From the NCBI GenBank assembly GCA_051884915.1, contig JBJEWF010000080.1:2585-66584 (forward strand): DNA of 64,000 nucleotides, in the 5' to 3' direction. The stretch is from Kiritimatiellia bacterium. Its GTDB lineage: Bacteria; Verrucomicrobiota; Kiritimatiellia; RFP12; UBA1067. Shown piece after piece: positions 36,901-45,081 of this stretch. A model generated the notes under the pieces. That model saw only the letters and a program-made list of their open reading frames with translations. It made no database searches and was not told the DNA's origin. The first letter of the stretch is position 1. The number at the start of each line of letters is the position of its first letter. Both the position numbers and the translations under genes were made by a program.

Positions 36901-37899
36901 CACGCCTTCTACGTGGAGGAATCGTACGTCATCCAGTGGATGTATCCGTATCTGAGCCCGCACGGCCTGATCATGAAGATCAACCCCGAGAAGAACCCGA
37001 TAACCGAGTCCATCATCCGGAACGACATGGAGTTCTGGGACTGGTACCAGCGCCGCCTGCTGCGCGACCCGGCTTTCCGCCGCGACTTCCCGGCCCAGAA
37101 GAGCTTCTCGAAGCTCCGCGCCGCCATCGCCGGCCTCTACGCCCATACGGGCCGCATTTCGCTGGCCGACCAGGCCTTCCGCGAGGCCGTTCTGCTCTAT
37201 CCGGCCTCGCCGGAAGCGACCTTCCGCTACGCCCAGGAGGTCCTGATGCCGTCGCGCAAGTGGAACGCCATCGACGATCTGCTCGACTACACGGATCGCG
37301 TCGACCCCAACAACTCGCGCACCGCCCAGTTGCGCGGCTACGTCCGGAAACTTCGGAGCGTCACCGAGACGATCTCCCGCCTTCAGGCCCAGTCGGCCCA
37401 GAAGCCCCTCACCGCCAGCGAGAACATCTCCCTGGCCCAGAACTACCAGGCCATTGGCCAGAGCATGAGCGCGGCGGCCGTGGCGCGCAAGGCCATCGCC
37501 CTTCCCGAAGGCGACCGGTTCGACATCCTCTACCTCGCCGCGCAGATCCTGGCGCAGTGCGGGCAGCGCGGCGACGCCGCCAATGCCATGAAGCGGGCCA
37601 TGCCGAAGTTGCCGCCCGACGTCGACCCGCGCCTGAAAATCGGCATCTCGTCGATTCTGGCTGAAGGCGGACTGCACGCCGAAGCCGATGCGTGCCTGAA
37701 CGACTATCTGCGCGCGCAGCCGCAGGACGTCGACGCCTGGCTGCAGCTGGCCGTCATCAAGGACACCCTTGGCCAGACGCACGCCGCCCAGCAGGCCGTC
37801 GTCCAGGCCTACCAGATCAATCGGGACGCGGCCGCCCAGCGTCTGCAGGCCAGTCCGGAACTCCAGCGCATCGCGGCCCCGCTCTTCCGGCGGCGCTAG
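33976..37899 (+). CDS. DUF2723 / TMEM260-like GT-C-fold glycosyltransferase with many TM helices and C-terminal TPR repeats
   Basis: ATG 33976 (the track start 33949 is a TTG). Family N-terminal block [34 protein letters not shown]. More than 15 hydrophobic helices. TPR-like C-terminal region of about 300 aa. Confidence 0.8.
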   Translation: [1307 protein letters not shown]

Positions 37900-37966
37900 C
37901 GGCGCCGCCCCCGCCTGTCGCGGCGGGCCGCGTCCCGGCGGTCTGGCCGCCGGCGGGCCGCAAACT

Positions 37967-38000
37967 GCGGTTTGGACTGCAAGTTCGCGGTTTGGACTGC
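37967..38000. repeat. Two direct copies of GCGGTTTGGACTGC spaced 20 nt apart in a convergent intergenic region
   Basis: Copies at 37967-37980 and 37987-38000. Upstream lies the hairpin CGGCGG-TCTGG-CCGCCG (about 37936-37952) and a repeated CGGCGGGCCGC. Confidence 0.8.
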
Positions 38001-38025
38001 GCGATGCCGCCGCGCAGGCTTGCCG

Positions 38026-39636
38026 CTACTGCGACGCGAAATCCAGATAGCCGGCGTTCCAGGGGCCGATTTCCGGAATCGTCACGAGCTGATCGGCGCC
38101 TTCGGCGCGGATGTCCAGAACCGCCACCGGACGGCGGAGCTCGTGCCAGCGCGCGCGTTTCGCCGCGCCGCCCCGGAAGCGGATCACGACAGGTCCCTGC
38201 GCGTCGATTCGCGTGTTCAGCAGCGCAACGGTCTTGAGCGCGCCGGCCGGCGTCAGACGCGGCACCATCAGTCCCACGAACGGCGACTCAAGGACGGCGG
38301 GCGCAGGATGGGCCGCGCGAGCCTCCTGGACCGTCTGTGAGCCCGCCAGGCAGACGTCCAGTTTGAGGGCGTCCGCCGACAGGTCCCCCAGGTTCCGTCC
38401 CCAGCCGGGCAGAACGGGAATGCCGCAGAGCGCCCACCGGTAGAGCTTAGCCGCCGACAGCCCGTCCGCCGCATACCCCGCGGGGACGGTCCCCTCGTTG
38501 GCCCGGACATATCCCTTCAGGACCGGCGCGGCGTCCGCAAGCGGCTTGAGAATCGTGCGCGCGTAGAGTTCGTCTTTCTCGTAGCGCGTATCCAGCAGCA
38601 GCAGGCTCGTGGCGTTGCAGCCGTAGGCAATCGACATGAAGGACTCCACCAGCGCGCTTTGTCCGCTCCGCGACCCGTAGGCGCGCGGCCAGCTCTCGAC
38701 TTCCGGACACCAGACGTCCACGCAGGGCGCGTCCAGAACCTTGCGCGAACGGGCCGTGGCGAAGGCCTTCACGATCTGGTCGGCCGGATTGACGTCGTAG
38801 TAGAATCCGCCGCCCGGGCGCAGTCCGACCGGCCGGCCGCTCGCCGCATGAAGCGCATCGCGCAACGCCTTGACCGAAGCGACGGCGTGTTCGCCAAAGG
38901 CATGCTGGAGGGCCATGCGCGTTTCCGGCGAGTGGACGCGGAACTCGTCCGCGATGGCCCGCGCGACGTCGGCAATGGCCCGGATCGAGAACGCCTGCCA
39001 CTGCGCCCGCCTGTCCGCGTCCTTCAGCGTCGCCGCCGCCAGCGTCGCGCGCGTCCAGTTCCCGCCCGTCTGGGCGTTGAACGCCGCCACGCAGGTCGCG
39101 CACCAGCATCCGTGCTGGGAGCGGACCGTGGCCGGCGCATGGTTGTCGATGCGCAAATCGTCGTCGATCCACACGCGCTCCGGCCGGAGCCGCGCATAGA
39201 TGCGGGCCATTTCGCGGATGTAGGCGAGAAAAGCGGGCTGGCGCGGGCAGTTGCAGAACCGGTCCTCGACGCCCGTGGAGCCCGTCCATCCCGTCCAGGT
39301 CTTGCCCGAACAGTCCTCGCACGACGAGAGCGCGTCCGAATGGCCCAGCGTCGCCTGGAACTGCAGGCTCGGGACGATTCCCAGCGGACGCAGATCGCCG
39401 GCCGCCCGAAGCAAGCGCGCAACCTGTTCGCGATGCCAGTCCAGCGGCGGCACGCCGATGCCCGTCGAGAACCAGACCTCGTCGCAGCAGCCGGGATTCG
39501 CGGCGATCGCCTGGCGCGTCTTCTCCCACTGCTCGCGGGTGGCCGTATGCGGCCCCCGCAAGCGCAACGACATCACCGGCGGCGGCGCCGCCACCAGCGA
39601 ACACGCCAACGCGCCAACCGCCATCAGACATTTCAT
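38026..39636 (-). CDS. Secreted protein of unknown function, distantly GH42-like (TIM barrel with a Cys cluster)
   Basis: Track ORF trimmed to ATG 39636 (MKCLMAVGALACSLVAA signal peptide). Blocks FCNCPRQPAFLAYIREMARIY and GCWCATCVAAFNAQ resemble the Zn-binding Cys cluster of GH42 beta-galactosidases. Confidence 0.6.
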   Translation of the reverse strand: MKCLMAVGALACSLVAAPPPVMSLRLRGPHTATREQWEKTRQAIAANPGCCDEVWFSTGIGVPPLDWHREQVARLLRAAGDLRPLGIVPSLQFQATLGHSDALSSCEDCSGKTWTGWTGSTGVEDRFCNCPRQPAFLAYIREMARIYARLRPERVWIDDDLRIDNHAPATVRSQHGCWCATCVAAFNAQTGGNWTRATLAAATLKDADRRAQWQAFSIRAIADVARAIADEFRVHSPETRMALQHAFGEHAVASVKALRDALHAASGRPVGLRPGGGFYYDVNPADQIVKAFATARSRKVLDAPCVDVWCPEVESWPRAYGSRSGQSALVESFMSIAYGCNATSLLLLDTRYEKDELYARTILKPLADAAPVLKGYVRANEGTVPAGYAADGLSAAKLYRWALCGIPVLPGWGRNLGDLSADALKLDVCLAGSQTVQEARAAHPAPAVLESPFVGLMVPRLTPAGALKTVALLNTRIDAQGPVVIRFRGGAAKRARWHELRRPVAVLDIRAEGADQLVTIPEIGPWNAGYLDFASQ

Positions 39637-39691
39637 TCTTTCGTTCCCCTTCCGGCCGGAAATCGCCGGGACGACGCCGGCTGGTCCGGCC

Positions 39692-40759
39692 TCAGTTCGC
39701 GGCCAGGCCTTCTGCAAACAGATCGATGCCCCGGAGATTCCGCTCGTTGTTCTCGGCCGTGTCGCACATGGCCCACGGCGCCATCATGAACCCCTTGAGA
39801 CGGGCCGGGGAAATGTGCGCGCGGCCAAACGCGATCAGCTTGCCGATCACGTCGTCCGCATTCTTCTGGTTGCGTTTCCGCTTCCAGCCGACCCAGTTCG
39901 TCCCGCACGGGACCTGGTCGAAGCCGTGCTTCTCCAGCGTGATGAGCTCGCGCAGGCGGAAGGCGTCGGAATTGACCTTGTCGTCAAGCGAGAAGTCGCC
40001 ATCCGCCTCGTCATAGTACCAGCTTCCCTGGAGGACGGACGTGGGGCACTTCGTGAAATACTCCGCGTGATGCCAGCCGTAGTCGGCCCAGTTCCAGGGG
40101 CGCATGCCGTTCTTTTCGCAGGTCCGGACGATGTGGAGGAAATCGTGCCACCAGAGCTCCCCTTTGCGCACGACCACGGCCAGGTTGCGCGGACTCTGCT
40201 CCTGGTGCCGGGTCGTCTCCTCGTCAAACCCGATGTGGAAGAAGCGCGGCGTCCCGAAGATCTCCGCGACGTCGCGGATGAGGTCTTCGCAGACCTGATA
40301 GTACGTGCGGGTCGCCAGCATGAACCGGTAATCGCCCAGCCAGCCGTTGTGCGTCGTCGAGAAATTGAGCTTGGGGATCGCTTCGAGTCCCATCGCCTTG
40401 AGCCGGGCGACCTCGGCTCTCATCCTGTCGGGGGACCAGGCCCCCTTGACGCCGAGTTCCGGGTGGCTCGGATAGGCCAGGGCCTCGCCGATGTCGATGA
40501 CGACCATGTTGAGGCCCCTTGCGGCCGCCCGGTCCGTCGCGGCCCGCCACAAATCCTCCCGGCATTCCAGCTCCGTCGCCAGCGGTTTGAACCCCGCGGC
40601 CGCGACCGTCATGTCCGCAGGCGGCGTCCATCCCCACATGTTGCGCCCGAGATGGAGCAGCACCGACCGGATTTCCCCGGGTCTGGCGGGTTCCTGCGCG
40701 CGCATCCCCGCCGTGGCGGCACCCGCCGCGGCCACCATGAAATCACGTCTCGTCATCAT
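39692..40759 (-). CDS. Tat-exported protein of unknown function, GH20-like TIM-barrel signature
   Basis: Track ORF trimmed to ATG 40759 (MMTRRDFMVAAAGAATAG twin-arginine signal). The FFHIGFDEE block resembles the GH20 HxGxDE catalytic pair. Confidence 0.6.
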   Translation of the reverse strand: MMTRRDFMVAAAGAATAGMRAQEPARPGEIRSVLLHLGRNMWGWTPPADMTVAAAGFKPLATELECREDLWRAATDRAAARGLNMVVIDIGEALAYPSHPELGVKGAWSPDRMRAEVARLKAMGLEAIPKLNFSTTHNGWLGDYRFMLATRTYYQVCEDLIRDVAEIFGTPRFFHIGFDEETTRHQEQSPRNLAVVVRKGELWWHDFLHIVRTCEKNGMRPWNWADYGWHHAEYFTKCPTSVLQGSWYYDEADGDFSLDDKVNSDAFRLRELITLEKHGFDQVPCGTNWVGWKRKRNQKNADDVIGKLIAFGRAHISPARLKGFMMAPWAMCDTAENNERNLRGIDLFAEGLAAN

Positions 40760-40769
40760 GCGTCCAGCC

Positions 40770-43154
40770 TCACTTTCCGTTTGCAAACACGAAGACACGC
40801 ACCGACTCGCCCGGCAGGTCGAGAAGCAGCTGGCGCGGCCGGTCGGCAAACGCCCGCCCTTCGACGCGCTCTTCGACGAGCGGGGCCGAAAACGACAATT
40901 CGGCGCGCTGGGGCTTGTCGGAAAGGTTGTACACGGTCGCATAGCCGTCGCCAAACTGCTCCGTCACGACCTGGGGGTTCGACGACCTGACGAGCCGATT
41001 GACGGGCCGCCATCCCGCCTCGGCCACGAGACGGCACAGCGGAACGTACTTCCGGAACAGCGGGCGGTCGCGATTGTAGAGGTCCGGCCGCGTGAAATAG
41101 TGGCCGGTTGACGCGTTGGCGCTGAAATAGCCCGGGAACATCCCGTAGGCCAACGCGCGCTGCATGAACTTGTCGCTGTATTCGTACGGGAACCGGTCGA
41201 AATCGGTGTTCATCAGGAAGCAGTACGGCTTGCCGCCGCAGAGCGCGCGCCGGTAGAGCAGCGCGTCGTCCGACATGGGCTGCCACGTCCGCGTGCCGTT
41301 CCGCAGGGGATTCCAGTCCGTCTCCGTCCCCATCACGTCGAGGTGGGGCGCCAGCCAGCACCAGCGGTTCGGCGTCGAGTTCGCCATCGCGAACTTCCCG
41401 AGCGCGTGGACGCGCGCGGCGATCCGCCGCACGTACTCGTATGCGATCATTCCCTTGTAGATGCCGGGCGCCAGCGAGTCGCGCGCGAAGGAAAGCGGCG
41501 TGTCCATGCAGCCGAAGTGGGCGCGGTTGAAGTCGAACGTCTCGGTCACGTACATCTCGGCGGAATCGACGTATTCGCCATCGTTCCCCTGCGGGAACGG
41601 CCGCTCCAGCCGGCGCGTAAAGGCCGGGTCGCCGTTCTTCGCCTTCCAGTCCGTCATCTCGCCGACGATGCCGGGGGCCGAATTGACGCTCCACACGACG
41701 CCCTTGCACCACGGCGTGTCCAGCAGACGGCCCCGTTCGCGCCCCCGCACGTCGAGAAAGCGGCTCGTCTCCCATCCGCGGGCCATGGGCACGCCCCGGA
41801 CGGCCAGGCGCCGCGCTTCCGCCACGCCGTCCGTGAGGAGGTCGAGCGCGTTCAGATCGCCCTTCAGCGCCATCCACCACGTACACGGCTCCGTATAGCG
41901 GAAGGTCAGGAAGCCATGTTCGTCGTCCCAGGCCGTCTCGCCGTCGCCCTCCTTGAAGGCGAAGCCGAAATCTTCCCATCGCGCGACCTTGCTGATGGGC
42001 TTGAACGCCATCCAGACGCCCTGGCGCGGCACGCGGACCCGGAACGCCTCCGGATACAGGCGCTGGTAGCTTTCCAGGGCGCCCCGGAAGCCGTCGGCGG
42101 CGGTGAACGGGAACGACACGAACCGGAGATGCGCCTGCGGCCGTTCCGCCGTGAAGCCCAGATCGTATGCGAGCATGAGAACGCGCGCGTTGGCGTTCCC
42201 CAGCACGCGGAAACAGGCCGGGGCCGCGGGATCGATGCCAAGCGCCACGCCCGTCCCCGCCGCCGACACGGCGCCGAACGGCCAGCGCGACAGGAGACCC
42301 CGCCCCACGTCGACGGACAGGGCGTCCATCCGCTCGCCATGGTCCAGCGGACACGACGTGCGCAGGTCGTTGAACCACGTCAGTTCGCCCGCGCCCAGCG
42401 GAAGCGCGTAGATCAGCGTCAGCGCGCGGTCGGCGCGCGTGGTCTCCGTCAGCGTGACGTCATGGGACGTTCCGGCCGCCGCGCCGCCGACGCGTTCCGT
42501 CCGCACCGCCATCCGGAGCCCGAGGGCCTCGTCCGCCAACGCCACATACCCCGTATTCGCCTTGACGTCGCGCAGGAAGAACGCCGGCTCCCGGATCGGC
42601 TTTCCGACGACAACCGCGCATCCGTCGAACATCTGCGCGCCGCGGGCCGCCGGGAAGCGGACCGCGGGCCGCCGGAACCGGACGCAGCCCGGCCGTCCCC
42701 GCTGGAGCTCGTAGACGGCAACCGAACGGACGGGCTTGGCGGGCATGACCGTCACGGTGCGACGCTGCCAGCCGCTGGCGGGATCGGCGTCGAAACCGGC
42801 CTTCTGCCCGTAGAGATGGCTGCCGTCGGCGTACGCGACGTCGAGATAGAGGTTGAAGTCGCCGGACGCGCCGCCGTCCGTGACCGCCCGCCCCTCGGCC
42901 GTCACGGAAAAGGGCCGGGGTTCCGTCTGATCGAGACGCAGCGTCCACCCGGCGCCGCGGGCCACGCGATTCGTGCCGTTGTCGCAGACGATTTCGTCGC
43001 CGTCCCGGACAAATCCGTGGCCAAACCCGCGCGCGCGCTCCCAGGTCAGCGCGGTCGCCTCCGCACTGTCTTCGAGAAGCGGCATCGCCACCTCCGCCGC
43101 ATGCGGACGGCCGCAGACGAGCGCGCCGCAGACAAGAGCCAGGATCATCTTCAT
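40770..43154 (-). CDS. Large secreted protein of unknown function (no family recognised)
   Basis: ATG 43154 (MKMILALVCGALVCG signal peptide, GGAGGA 8 nt upstream). Alternative ATG 43274 has an AAAGGAG site but adds 40 Arg/Ala/Pro-rich residues. Stop lies 10 nt before the next gene. Confidence 0.65.
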   Translation of the reverse strand: MKMILALVCGALVCGRPHAAEVAMPLLEDSAEATALTWERARGFGHGFVRDGDEIVCDNGTNRVARGAGWTLRLDQTEPRPFSVTAEGRAVTDGGASGDFNLYLDVAYADGSHLYGQKAGFDADPASGWQRRTVTVMPAKPVRSVAVYELQRGRPGCVRFRRPAVRFPAARGAQMFDGCAVVVGKPIREPAFFLRDVKANTGYVALADEALGLRMAVRTERVGGAAAGTSHDVTLTETTRADRALTLIYALPLGAGELTWFNDLRTSCPLDHGERMDALSVDVGRGLLSRWPFGAVSAAGTGVALGIDPAAPACFRVLGNANARVLMLAYDLGFTAERPQAHLRFVSFPFTAADGFRGALESYQRLYPEAFRVRVPRQGVWMAFKPISKVARWEDFGFAFKEGDGETAWDDEHGFLTFRYTEPCTWWMALKGDLNALDLLTDGVAEARRLAVRGVPMARGWETSRFLDVRGRERGRLLDTPWCKGVVWSVNSAPGIVGEMTDWKAKNGDPAFTRRLERPFPQGNDGEYVDSAEMYVTETFDFNRAHFGCMDTPLSFARDSLAPGIYKGMIAYEYVRRIAARVHALGKFAMANSTPNRWCWLAPHLDVMGTETDWNPLRNGTRTWQPMSDDALLYRRALCGGKPYCFLMNTDFDRFPYEYSDKFMQRALAYGMFPGYFSANASTGHYFTRPDLYNRDRPLFRKYVPLCRLVAEAGWRPVNRLVRSSNPQVVTEQFGDGYATVYNLSDKPQRAELSFSAPLVEERVEGRAFADRPRQLLLDLPGESVRVFVFANGK

Positions 43155-43347
43155 GCCCACCATCCTCCGGGCGCCTACCGGAAACCGGACCGGCGCCGGA
43201 CAGGAACCGCGACGCGCCGCCGCGCCGCCGGCGGCGACCGGACGGGCGAACGGGGCGGCTGGGATGCGTGTCATGCGGACTCCTTTCGGCGTGTCGTGCG
43301 GGAACGGGCGGCCGGGTCCGCGTCACGGCGGACGCCGGCGCCAGACG

Positions 43348-44937
43348 CTACTTGACGGAGACGATCTTCGCGCGTTCCCCGCCCGCGGCGTCCGTCCACA
43401 TGAGACGGTAGCGTCCCCGGAAACCGCGGAACGCGACGGCGCCGTTGGCGCCGGCCTTCACGGACGTGCGCGTCTTCCACTCGTTGTTGATGAGGTCGTC
43501 CATCGCGAAATAGGCTGTCTTCGGGCGCATGTCGCGCGTGAAGAGGCCGCTGATCGACGGTTCGCCCGGCGCGCCGCAATCGTCCACCACGTTCCACCAG
43601 GTGATGCCGTTCATCTTCTCGACGGCGAACCAGGCGCGGTAGAGGTTGCGCAGGATGATGGCCTGCACCATCTGCCCGCGCGACGAATTGTCCGGCGCCG
43701 TGATCGTGATCTCGCTGAGGTGGATCGGCTTGTTCGCCTTCGAAAGGAGCGCGAAGCGCGCGGCGATGCCCTCGGGGCGCAGGTGCCCGGGGCCCTTGCC
43801 GGCGGCGATGTTCACCGATTCCGCCGGATTGAACAGGTGCATCTGCGAGCCGATCACGTCGATGCGCACGCCGTTCTTCTCCAGGTCCTTGATCTGGTTG
43901 AAGTAGTTCTCGTCCATCGCGTAGTCGTTGATGTTCAGCCAGGCCGATTTCGGCAGGTTGTCCTGCGCCGTCTTGAAGGCGTTGTAGCAGAGGTCGCCCG
44001 CCGTGACGCCGTAGCGCGGACTCTTCTGGAACGGCTTGCCCGTGACGGACTGCCCGTGGAAGTCGGGCGAGGACTCGTTGCAGACGTCCCAGCTCTGCAC
44101 GCGCGTGCCGTACGTCCGCGCAATCTGCTCGACGCGCTTGAACGTGAACTCGTTCAGCTTCGCGAAGTAGGTCGGGCAGAGCCGGGCGACCTCCTCCTCG
44201 GAAAGCTTCGCGAAAATCCGCTTCCAGGACGCCTCCCAGGATACCACGCCCTTCTTCCAGCCTTCGTCGCGCCCGAATTCCTTGACGCCCATCGGCTGGT
44301 GCCAGTCGTGCGCCGGCAGCTTCACGCCCGAAGCGGCCTCAAGGGCCTCCTTCTCGGCCTGGGGACAGAATTCGTCCCAGATCCAGGTCGGCGTCTGCCA
44401 CGCGTTGTTGCCCCAGCAGAGCGGATGGCCGTGGATGCGCAGGTCGCGCGAACGGAGGAAGTTGATGACGGGATCGACGGCGGGACGGCGCCAATGCGGC
44501 TGGTCCTTGGGCTGCGGGCACTGGTTCCAGAAGCCTTCCGTGTCCTGGTAGGCCTCCTGGAAACGGACCTGCCCCTGGTAGGGTTCCAGCGTCTTCCAGT
44601 AGAACGCCACGGTGGCGGAATTGAAGAGCGTGCCGTAAAGCTCCTTGTAGCGGTTGTTCCACTCCGTTTTGCCGAGCTGGTTGTAGTTGAAGATGTGCGC
44701 GCCGAAGAAGAACGCGTGGGAGATCTGCTCGACCTTCACCTCCGTCCCCGCAGGCGCGTCCACGGCGCCCGAAAAATCGGCCTTGCGGTACTTCTCGATG
44801 TCCTCCTTGAGCCGGGCCGTCACTTCGGGATTCCAGATTTTCCAGTATTCGGGCGACATGGCCCCCATGTCGGCATGCCATTCGGCGAACGCGGCAAGCG
44901 CCGTCACGGAACAGGCGCACAAAACGAGTTTCTTCAT
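43348..44937 (-). CDS. GH10-family glycoside hydrolase (endo-beta-1,4-xylanase-like)
   Basis: Track ORF trimmed to ATG 44937 (MKKLVLCACSVTALAAFA). Acid/base block SWDVCNES and nucleophile block IHLSEITI. Confidence 0.8.
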   Translation of the reverse strand: MKKLVLCACSVTALAAFAEWHADMGAMSPEYWKIWNPEVTARLKEDIEKYRKADFSGAVDAPAGTEVKVEQISHAFFFGAHIFNYNQLGKTEWNNRYKELYGTLFNSATVAFYWKTLEPYQGQVRFQEAYQDTEGFWNQCPQPKDQPHWRRPAVDPVINFLRSRDLRIHGHPLCWGNNAWQTPTWIWDEFCPQAEKEALEAASGVKLPAHDWHQPMGVKEFGRDEGWKKGVVSWEASWKRIFAKLSEEEVARLCPTYFAKLNEFTFKRVEQIARTYGTRVQSWDVCNESSPDFHGQSVTGKPFQKSPRYGVTAGDLCYNAFKTAQDNLPKSAWLNINDYAMDENYFNQIKDLEKNGVRIDVIGSQMHLFNPAESVNIAAGKGPGHLRPEGIAARFALLSKANKPIHLSEITITAPDNSSRGQMVQAIILRNLYRAWFAVEKMNGITWWNVVDDCGAPGEPSISGLFTRDMRPKTAYFAMDDLINNEWKTRTSVKAGANGAVAFRGFRGRYRLMWTDAAGGERAKIVSVK

Positions 44938-45001
44938 TCGAGAATTTCCTTCTATGGACAGGACACAACCGCCGGCCGCGGACGCGCAACCGAACACGAA
45001 A

Positions 45002-45022
45002 GCCGTGGAAACCTTCCACGGC
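45002..45022 (-). promoter_or_regulatory. Stem-loop in the GH10 leader (possible attenuator or processing signal)
   Basis: Minus strand reads GCCGTGGAA-GGT-TTCCACGGC followed by TTTCGTGTT. It lies between the -10 element and the ATG, which is about 65 nt further on. Confidence 0.35.
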
Positions 45023-45025
45023 GGC

Positions 45026-45034
45026 ATTATCCCA
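45026..45034 (-). promoter_or_regulatory. Extended -10 promoter TGgGATAAT for the GH10 gene
   Basis: Minus strand reads TTTTTTTGGGATAATGCC, immediately after a T7 run that follows the nuclease gene. Confidence 0.5.
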
Positions 45035-45081
45035 AAAAAACGGCTGTCCGTCAAATGCGGCCGCGAACGCCCGGTCCGCGG

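Noticed and set aside
33970-37782. 1270-aa minus-strand ORF antisense to the DUF2723 gene
   Set aside because: Low-complexity Arg/Gly/Asp/Glu-rich translation with no signal or motif. The plus strand has a coherent multi-TM protein with family-specific blocks.
37967-38000. Possible CRISPR-like repeat
   Set aside because: Only two 14-nt copies with a 6-nt spacer and no cas genes. Reported as a simple direct repeat instead.
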